Part shown: positions 39,879 through 47,376 of the stretch, one piece after another | How positions within the stretch are numbered: position 1 is the first letter of the stretch | Layout of the letters: the number at the start of each line of letters is the position of its first letter | DNA from: an uncultured Candidatus Saccharibacteria bacterium | GTDB taxonomy: Bacteria > Patescibacteriota > WWE3 > UBA101185 > UBA10185 | Assembly: GCA_964385105.1 (NCBI GenBank) | Contig: CAYLMU010000002.1 | Span: forward strand, 53,672-117,671 | Direction: 5' to 3' | DNA length: 64,000 bases | Program-made: the position numbers and the translations under genes | Notes under the pieces: generated by a model | Told to the model about the DNA's origin: nothing | The model's input: only the letters and a program-made list of their open reading frames with translations | Databases searched by the model: none

Positions 39879-41657
39879 ATGTTAGATACAAAAATTGATA
39901 CAAACAAAGGAATAGAAGATGTACTGTATGAGCGTAACCTTATTAATGCCGACCAGTTGTCTGCCATTAAATTTGAACACGTTAATACCGGTAAAAATAC
40001 TCAGCAAATTATTAAAGAGCGCGGTTACGTAACAAATGAGGATTTTGTTAAAGCGTATGCGGAAGTATATGGAATTGAGTATATTAATCTGGAAGAAACC
40101 AAATTTGATAATACTGTATTAGATATTTTAAGCATTCAAATTGAAAAAAGGTATCAGGTTGTGCCATATAGGCTTGAAGGGGATATTTTGCATGTGGCAA
40201 TGGCTGACCCCTTAGATTTACAAACTATTGAGTTTTTAGAGCAAAAATCCGGATATCAGATAAAACCTTACGTTTCAACAGTTAAAGAAATAGAAAAAGT
40301 ATTAAGTGAGCAGCAAGGAAAAGCAATAACTCAAGAAATAAGTGCTGCAATGGAGGAGATTTCGCAGACTACCTTAAAGCTTAAGGGTGACTCGGGAGAT
40401 ATTGAAGCTGATGAAGCAACAATTAGAGATGCCCCGATTGCAAGAATTGTTGGAATGATACTTGAAACGGCAGTAAAAATAGGTGCATCCGACATTCACA
40501 TAGAACCTTTAGAAACTTTAACAAGACTGCGCTACCGAGTTGACGGTGTTTTGCTTGAAAAAAGGACTTTTCCTAGAGAAATGCACGATTCTATTGTTGC
40601 CCGTATAAAAATCCTGGGAAACATGAAAATTGATGAGAAAAGAATTCCTTTGGACGGCAGGTTTAAGGTTCAGGTGGGTGAAACAAGTACAGACCTTAGA
40701 ATTTCAACTCTACCTTCGGTTTATGGTGAAAAAGTTGTTATCAGGTTGTTAAAAGAAGAAGGAAATGTTTACACATTTAAAGATTTGGGGTTGCGTGGTT
40801 TGTCGCTAAAAAGATTTGAAGAAGCATTAATTAAACCGGTTGGGATGGTTTTGGTAACAGGGCCTACGGGTTCGGGTAAAACGGTTACAAATGCTACTGC
40901 TTTAAATAAATTAAATACAATAAAAGTAAATATTGTGTCAATTGAAGACCCTGTTGAAATTAGGGTGCCCGGTGTAACACATGTTCAGGTAAATCCTCAG
41001 GCAGGTTTAACATTTGCAACAGGATTAAGGTCATTTTTGCGACAAGACCCAAACATTATAATGGTGGGAGAGATACGAGACCAGGAAACTGCTGAACTTG
41101 CAGTACATGCCGCGTTAACGGGGCATTTAGTTATATCCACATTACACACAAATTCCGCAGCCGGTGCTCTACCCCGTTTACTTGATATGGAAGTAGAAAA
41201 CTTTTTATTGGCGTCTACTGTAAATGCTGTTTTAGCACAAAGACTTGTTAGAAGAATTTGTGAGTTTTGCAAAGAATCATATGAGGCTCCCGTAGAAGTT
41301 GTTGCAGAGATTAAGAAAGTTTTTGAAGATATTGAACCAAGCTCAACCATAATGCACAAAGACAAAGAAATTGCCGAAGCTATTAAAAAGATTAAAACCG
41401 ACAGTAAAATTGATTTATATAGAGGTAAAGGTTGTGATAAATGTGGGGGTAAAGGTTATAAAGGCCGAGTTGGAATATTTGAAGTTCTTGAAATGTCAGG
41501 CACAATTGCTCATTTAACATTAGAAAGTGCCCCTGCCGACAAAATTGAGAAAGCAGCAAAAGATGAAGGCATGATAACATTAATGCAAGATGGATATTTG
41601 CGTGTTGTTGAGGGTGTTACAACGCTTGAAGAAGTTATGAGAGTAGCAAAAAGTTAG
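39879..41657 (+). CDS. pilB: Type IV pilus assembly ATPase PilB (GspE family) with N-terminal MshEN-like domain and zinc finger
   Basis: Walker A GPTGSGKTVT; Asp box; His box; CDKCGGKGYKGRVGIFEVLE tetra-Cys motif. Confidence 0.9.
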   Translation: MLDTKIDTNKGIEDVLYERNLINADQLSAIKFEHVNTGKNTQQIIKERGYVTNEDFVKAYAEVYGIEYINLEETKFDNTVLDILSIQIEKRYQVVPYRLEGDILHVAMADPLDLQTIEFLEQKSGYQIKPYVSTVKEIEKVLSEQQGKAITQEISAAMEEISQTTLKLKGDSGDIEADEATIRDAPIARIVGMILETAVKIGASDIHIEPLETLTRLRYRVDGVLLEKRTFPREMHDSIVARIKILGNMKIDEKRIPLDGRFKVQVGETSTDLRISTLPSVYGEKVVIRLLKEEGNVYTFKDLGLRGLSLKRFEEALIKPVGMVLVTGPTGSGKTVTNATALNKLNTIKVNIVSIEDPVEIRVPGVTHVQVNPQAGLTFATGLRSFLRQDPNIIMVGEIRDQETAELAVHAALTGHLVISTLHTNSAAGALPRLLDMEVENFLLASTVNAVLAQRLVRRICEFCKESYEAPVEVVAEIKKVFEDIEPSSTIMHKDKEIAEAIKKIKTDSKIDLYRGKGCDKCGGKGYKGRVGIFEVLEMSGTIAHLTLESAPADKIEKAAKDEGMITLMQDGYLRVVEGVTTLEEVMRVAKS

Positions 41658-41682
41658 TATTTAAGTTTTAGGAGCCCTGCCC

Positions 41683-42762
41683 ATGGCTTTAAACACATCA
41701 CAAATATTAGAAAAAATTATTGAGCTGAGTGCATCAGACTTGCATTTAACTGTTGGAATGCCTCCTGTTATTAGAGTTAACACAAAATTAATGGTTCTTA
41801 AAGACCATAGTGTGTTAACTATTGATGAAATCTCACAATTTTTAACAAAAGTTTTAACACCTGAACAAAAAAATGTATTTGAAGTAAACAAAGAAGTGGA
41901 CTTTTCAGTAGCTCTTGGTAATAAAGCAAGGTTTAGGGTAAATGCTTTTTATCAAAAGGGTTACCCTTCGGTAGCGTTAAGAACAATACCAATGGTAGTT
42001 CCCTCTTTAGAAAGTTTACATTTACCTCCGGTACTTACAAAACTCACGCTTTTAAAGCAAGGGCTTGTTTTAGTTGTTGGACCCACCGGGCATGGTAAAT
42101 CTACCACAATTGCGTCAATGATTGACCACATTAATGAAACACGCTCTGAACATATTCTTACAATTGAAGACCCTATTGAATATATTTTTACAAATAAAAG
42201 ATCACTGGTTGAGCAAAGAGAAATGTATCTTGATACCCATTCATGGGATGCGGCTTTACGTTCTATTTTAAGGCAAGATCCAAATGTTGTATTTATTGGC
42301 GAGATGCGTGACACCGAAACAATTCAGTCAACATTAACAATTGCAGAAACGGGCCATTTGGTATTTGCAACACTTCATACAAATTCAGCGTCTCAAAGTG
42401 TAGACAGAATTATTAGTTCGTTTCCCGAAATTAAGCAACTTCAAATAAAAATGCAGCTTTCACAAGCTTTGGAAGCAGTTGTATCTCAGCGATTAATCGA
42501 ATCCCCCAACAAAGGAATGATTCCTGCAATTGAATTATTGTTAGCCAGCGACGCGGTTAAAAGTACAATAAGAGAAGGTAAAACACATCAGCTTGAAAAT
42601 ATTATAAGTACAAGCTCAAACATTGGAATGATAAATATGGAATCAAGTTTGGCACTTTTGGTTCAAAAAGGCGATATAACCATGGATAATGCATTAAAGT
42701 TTGCAATGAATCCTGAGTTATTGCGTCGCCTGTTAAAAAGTTATAGTTCAACAGAAAAATAA
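41683..42762 (+). CDS. pilT: Twitching-motility (retraction) ATPase PilT
   Basis: GPTGHGKSTT, GEMRD and AIRNLIRE-like motifs; 359 aa; AGGAG SD. Confidence 0.9.
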   Translation: MALNTSQILEKIIELSASDLHLTVGMPPVIRVNTKLMVLKDHSVLTIDEISQFLTKVLTPEQKNVFEVNKEVDFSVALGNKARFRVNAFYQKGYPSVALRTIPMVVPSLESLHLPPVLTKLTLLKQGLVLVVGPTGHGKSTTIASMIDHINETRSEHILTIEDPIEYIFTNKRSLVEQREMYLDTHSWDAALRSILRQDPNVVFIGEMRDTETIQSTLTIAETGHLVFATLHTNSASQSVDRIISSFPEIKQLQIKMQLSQALEAVVSQRLIESPNKGMIPAIELLLASDAVKSTIREGKTHQLENIISTSSNIGMINMESSLALLVQKGDITMDNALKFAMNPELLRRLLKSYSSTEK

Positions 42763-42768
42763 AACAAT

Positions 42769-43971
42769 ATGGCCGAATTTAACTACATTGCAATGGATAA
42801 TAAAGGTACAAGAAAATCAGGTACCGTTGATGCCCGTTCACGGGATACAGCTGTTTCACTTTTAAAAGAGCAAGGATACTACGTTTTATCACTTGAAGAA
42901 AAAAAATCTACATTTATGGATTCGTTTATAGAATTACGAGGTGTGCCGTTTGGTGACGTTGTTTCATTTACAAGGCAGTTTTCTACAATGATAGGAGCCG
43001 GTTTGGCTATTTCAAAAGCATTAAATGTACTGGCCGCACAAACTACAAATAATAAATTCAGAGGAATATTAAATGATGTATTGCGCGATGTAGAAGGAGG
43101 AGCGTCGTTAGCCGGGGCTTTGGGAAGGTTTCCTGACACTTTTTCTACAACATATCAGTCCTTGGTGGCTGCGGGTGAAGCGTCTGGCCGTCTGGATGAG
43201 ATTTTAAAAAGGCTTGCAGATACAATGGAGGCTGAGAGAGCCTTAAGGGCTAAATTTAAATCTGCAATGATTTATCCGGTAATAGTTTTAATTGCAATGG
43301 GAGGTGTTTTTATTATTTTAATGGTGTCTGTTGTACCTAAGCTTGCACAACTTTACGAAAGCATGAATATAGACCTTCCTTTAACCACTAAAATGATGAT
43401 TGCAGTATCGGAATTTATGTCTAATAATCTTATTTTGGTGATTTTAGGCATTTTTGGAACAATTCTTGGAATTCGATACTTTTTGCACACTCCCGGCGGC
43501 GAACTATTAAAATCAAGACTTTCACTTTCTATGCCTGTTTTTGGAAAGATAAATAAAAAGAAAGAATTAACCGAATTTACACGAACATTAGGTTTATTGG
43601 TAAATTCAGCAGTACCCATTGTAGATGCTTTAAATATTGTTAGTTCAGTTGTTACAAGCGAGGCGTATCGTGAAGGTGCAAAACAGGCAGCCGTGAGTAT
43701 AGAAAAAGGCGGAACTTTATCAAATTATTTAAAGCAAAATGAAAATTTTCCTCCAATTCTAGGAAACATGGTAGCCACAGGTGAAGAAACAGGAAAACTT
43801 GATGAAATTTTAGAAAGACTAGCCGACTTTTTTGACGAAGAAACAGAACATGCGGTTGAGAGTTTATCTGCCGCACTTGAGCCTGTGATATTAATTTTAC
43901 TTGGTGCAATGGTTGGATTTTTGATCATTTCGATTATTACACCTATTTACAAAATTACTGCTTCTATATAG
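42769..43971 (+). CDS. pilC: Type IV pilus platform protein PilC (GspF family)
   Basis: Two GspF repeats and 3 TM helices; N-terminal MAEFNYIAMDNKGTRKSGTVDA. Confidence 0.9.
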   Translation: MAEFNYIAMDNKGTRKSGTVDARSRDTAVSLLKEQGYYVLSLEEKKSTFMDSFIELRGVPFGDVVSFTRQFSTMIGAGLAISKALNVLAAQTTNNKFRGILNDVLRDVEGGASLAGALGRFPDTFSTTYQSLVAAGEASGRLDEILKRLADTMEAERALRAKFKSAMIYPVIVLIAMGGVFIILMVSVVPKLAQLYESMNIDLPLTTKMMIAVSEFMSNNLILVILGIFGTILGIRYFLHTPGGELLKSRLSLSMPVFGKINKKKELTEFTRTLGLLVNSAVPIVDALNIVSSVVTSEAYREGAKQAAVSIEKGGTLSNYLKQNENFPPILGNMVATGEETGKLDEILERLADFFDEETEHAVESLSAALEPVILILLGAMVGFLIISIITPIYKITASI

Positions 43972-44001
43972 CAAAATTACTGAAAGGGGGTGACAGAGAA
44001 A

Positions 44002-44511
44002 ATGAGAAATGGAAATAAAGGTTTTACGTTAGTTGAGCTTTTGATTGTTGTTGCAATTATTGGTATTTTAGCCGGTGCTGTGTTAATTGTTATTAACCCT
44101 ACCGAATTAATTAGAAGAAGCAATGACTCAAAAAGATTATCTGAGCTTGATACATTGAATAAAGCTCTTATTTTAGCAACAACCGATGGTGAAATAGTAT
44201 TAACAGCATGTGCTTCAAACTGTACTAGCGCAACAGGAACACAATCTATTGCCGGTTCGGGTTATGTCACATTCACAATTAATACAGGTATGACCGGATT
44301 AGGAAAATATCTTTCTACACTGCCTGTTGATCCGGTTAATGACACTGCAAGAGGTTTGTACTACTCTTACCAGGCAGATGCAACCAACCAGACATTTGAG
44401 TTAAACGCAGTTCTTGAGTCTTCACAGAACAGTGGAAGAATGGCAGCAGATGGTGGTAACGATAACGCAGTATTTGAGATTGGAACAGATCCCGGTCTTG
44501 ATTTACTATAA
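44002..44511 (+). CDS. pilA: Type IV pilin (class III signal: MRNGNKG|FTLVELLIVVAIIGILA)
   Basis: Prepilin cleavage site G/FTLVE with Glu at +5; AAAGGGGG SD; own terminator downstream. Confidence 0.8.
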   Translation: MRNGNKGFTLVELLIVVAIIGILAGAVLIVINPTELIRRSNDSKRLSELDTLNKALILATTDGEIVLTACASNCTSATGTQSIAGSGYVTFTINTGMTGLGKYLSTLPVDPVNDTARGLYYSYQADATNQTFELNAVLESSQNSGRMAADGGNDNAVFEIGTDPGLDLL

Positions 44512-44546
44512 AGCGTTATTATAAAGCTTAGCTTTGTATTAAAGCA

Positions 44547-44586
44547 AAAAGACCTGCTTATTTAATAAGCAGGTCTTTTGTTATAC
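44547..44586 (+). terminator. Rho-independent terminator after pilA
   Basis: aaaagacctgcttatttaataagcaggtcttttgtt. Confidence 0.6.
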
Positions 44587-44594
44587 TTTAAAGT

Positions 44595-45476
44595 ATGGAA
44601 ATTTTATTCTATGGGCTAGTATTTATTGCCGGTTTATTTATAGGTTCTTTTTTAAACGTAGTTTCAGACCGAGTGGTAAACGGTAAAAAACTTTTACTTG
44701 GACGCTCTGAATGTGATGAATGCCGCACCACACTTGGTTCAAAAGACCTTGTTCCCCTACTCTCTTTTATATCTTTGCGTGGCAAGTGCCGGTATTGTAA
44801 AGCAAAACTTTCATACTACTACCCTATTTCAGAAATTCTAACCGGATTAGTATTTGTTGGAATTGCACATTTACTCAACTTTTTTGAAAACGCCAACAAT
44901 TATTATGCGTGGGTTATGCTGGCATATTTAATTTTTATCGGAAGTGTTTACATTGTGCTATTTTTAACTGATATTAAATATACGCTAATACCCAATAAAG
45001 TGGTCTATCCTGCTATAGCCGTAATTGTATTATTCCTAATCGGAAACTTTTTGTACATAGTTTATAGTTCTTACAATAGTTTGCAAAGTGATGCTTTAGG
45101 CCCTTATTTAATCGAATCCGGTTTTTGGCAATTGCAAATGAGGCGAATGTTTATGGGGCTGGTTTACACTTTTATAAGTACTGTTGTAATTGCAGGGTTT
45201 TTTTGGGTATTGACGCGTATTAAAAATGGTGAAGCAATGGGCGGAGGAGACTTAAAACTTGCTATTTTAATTGGTTTGTTTAACGGATACCCGCGCAATA
45301 TTTTGGCAATTTTTTTGGGATTTTTATTTGGAGCTATAGCTAGTGTGCTGCTAATGTTCTTAAGGCGTAAAGGTATGAAGGATACTATTCCTTTTGGGCC
45401 GTTTTTGATTTTAGGAAGTGTTATTGCGTTTGTTTTTGGTAATAGGTTGATTGAGCTATATTGGGGGTTGTTTTAG
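44595..45476 (+). CDS. pilD: Prepilin peptidase PilD (A24 family) with N-terminal tetra-Cys zinc motif
   Basis: CDECRTTL...CRYCKAKL; 8 TM helices; catalytic Asp regions. Confidence 0.85.
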   Translation: MEILFYGLVFIAGLFIGSFLNVVSDRVVNGKKLLLGRSECDECRTTLGSKDLVPLLSFISLRGKCRYCKAKLSYYYPISEILTGLVFVGIAHLLNFFENANNYYAWVMLAYLIFIGSVYIVLFLTDIKYTLIPNKVVYPAIAVIVLFLIGNFLYIVYSSYNSLQSDALGPYLIESGFWQLQMRRMFMGLVYTFISTVVIAGFFWVLTRIKNGEAMGGGDLKLAILIGLFNGYPRNILAIFLGFLFGAIASVLLMFLRRKGMKDTIPFGPFLILGSVIAFVFGNRLIELYWGLF

Positions 45477-46251
45477 GGTTTGTTTTTTAAGGAGTAGTGT
45501 TTACTTAGTACTGTAGCTACTATTTTATGAAGCACTTCGTCTTCCACTATTTTCATTGAATACGTCCTAAAAAAGTCTGCAAGATGGTATGAAGCATACA
45601 TTAATGGGTCATCTCCATATTTATGACCGACTTCAATATATTTTTTAAGTCCGTAGTTTAATCCGTGTATGGGTATATCCCCCATTTCTACATCGTCAAA
45701 AAATTCTTTGTTGAAAACTTTTACTAAATCTAATGCTGCTTTTTCGTGTTCGGGAGTTGCGTTTTTATATTGATAAAGATAGTAAGCAGTATTTAAATTT
45801 TGGAGTAGGTGTTTTTTAAGTATAGATGCATTATAAACTACATAATTATATTGAATAATTGAAATATTCTTTAAGCTAGAGGTATAGTTTCTGGGGTCCT
45901 TAAAAACCCATACTAAGTGCTTAAAATTAACATGTCCCAGTCATACGCGCGACTACAAGTAACTGTGCTACTTGATGTAAATTTATAAATGGGAATAGAT
46001 TTTTGCCCCTATCTATTCTCATAAGATGCGTTTACTAGGGGCTTAGAGTTGTATACCAAGAATAATGAAACTTCAAATTTAGGAGCATATGTAAATTATT
46101 TTATTGTTAGCTTTTGAACGTGAGTTTGGTGTAGAATTTGATGGGGATTTTAAAGGCAGGACACCCCATAGTTGCATTACTTTACTGATACTGTATAATA
46201 GTCCGTAATTTAGAAATAACCGGCATAAGCCGGATAGCTCCTGGAGAGAAA

Positions 46252-46629
46252 ATGATGAAAAGATTAACCCTTTTAGTTCTGGTAGTGGTAGGGATGATTG
46301 TTACTTTGGGAATCAATGGTAGTGCTTTGTCATCGCCAGATGTTTCTGGCGGAGCACTTGAAATTGGGACTCCGGTAATCGTAATCCGTTATGATGGGGG
46401 GCAGTTAACAGTTGCTACGCTTGAACCATCCTCAAGAGTTTTTGACTTTGAGGTGGATGTAGCATCTGTTACTTTCCTAGAGTGTGGAGCCGTTGAACAC
46501 GTCCCCGTGTTTGCAGGTGATACAGGACTATTTGCCGGAATTTCCGAGGAAGTGTGGAGTAACGAACGTGTTGCAAGATTTAATCTTCAACAGCCGTTTG
46601 ATGCCTGCAACATCCTATACGGTAGATAG
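46252..46629 (+). CDS. Small secreted protein (125 aa) with signal peptide; GC-rich gene
   Basis: MMKRLTLLVLVVVGMIVTLGINGSALS; GGAGAG SD; hairpin terminator at about 46645-46690. Confidence 0.5.
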   Translation: MMKRLTLLVLVVVGMIVTLGINGSALSSPDVSGGALEIGTPVIVIRYDGGQLTVATLEPSSRVFDFEVDVASVTFLECGAVEHVPVFAGDTGLFAGISEEVWSNERVARFNLQQPFDACNILYGR

Positions 46630-46712
46630 CACTTTGTTTGTAAATCCGGATCGGTTTGTTTGCTTATGGTAAACATAGCCGATCCGTTTCATTCCGATTT
46701 AGCTAAATATCA

Positions 46713-46741
46713 TTGACATGTAAAAAAATCATTGTCATAAT
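46713..46741 (+). promoter_or_regulatory. Candidate promoter (TTGACA, 17 nt, CATAAT with an upstream TGT) that would give a leaderless or very short-leader mRNA for the 46750 gene
   Basis: cattgacatgtaaaaaaatcattgtcataatttattgtaATG. Confidence 0.35.
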
Positions 46742-46749
46742 TTATTGTA

Positions 46750-47376
46750 ATGTCCAATTATAGCCCCGAAATAAATTTGAATCTTAGTGAAAGTAGACGT
46801 GGGAATAGAAATTTGATCCTTGTTTCACTCCTAATAATTTTTGTTTTTGCTGTCACTTTATTGCTAATTTATACATATTATTTAAATTCAACAACTGAAA
46901 ATCAGGCCAAAGAAGACTCAGATATGTTGTTAAATACAGTTCCGCAGGATAGCTATAATGTAGTGTTTCCCAATGTTTCCTATTCAATTGATGCTGATGG
47001 AATGTGGAGACTAAAAGTATTTCAACCTATACTTAAAGAATTCGTATCTGAAAACGGGAATAATTATTTAGTGGTGGAATATGATGAAGGCAGTACAAAA
47101 GTTTCAAAAAGAGTGTTTGTAACGTCTAATAATACGGAATATTTGGATAGGATATCATTTAAAGAAGGTGATAACTTAAAACTTGTAACATTCGATGAAT
47201 TAAAGCAATTATTAAATACTGAAGGGCGGATTAGTATAAGTTATTTTGAAACAACCCCCACTATTGAATCGCTTACGGATGATTTTTGTTCCAATTTAGT
47301 TAGAAGATGCGCTTTAGCACGTTTGGATGTGGAGTATAAAAGCTATTTCATATCAAGTGAGGTTATAGAGCAATAA
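46750..47376 (+). CDS. Hypothetical N-terminally membrane-anchored protein (208 aa)
   Basis: TM helix LILVSLLIIFVFAVTLLLIYTYY; its stop overlaps the start of the next gene. Confidence 0.5.
   Translation: MSNYSPEINLNLSESRRGNRNLILVSLLIIFVFAVTLLLIYTYYLNSTTENQAKEDSDMLLNTVPQDSYNVVFPNVSYSIDADGMWRLKVFQPILKEFVSENGNNYLVVEYDEGSTKVSKRVFVTSNNTEYLDRISFKEGDNLKLVTFDELKQLLNTEGRISISYFETTPTIESLTDDFCSNLVRRCALARLDVEYKSYFISSEVIEQ

Noticed and set aside
45473-45685. 70-aa minus-strand ORF overlapping the pilD stop
   Set aside because: It has no SD and its frame stays open upstream without a start codon. It is kept only as a low-probability candidate.
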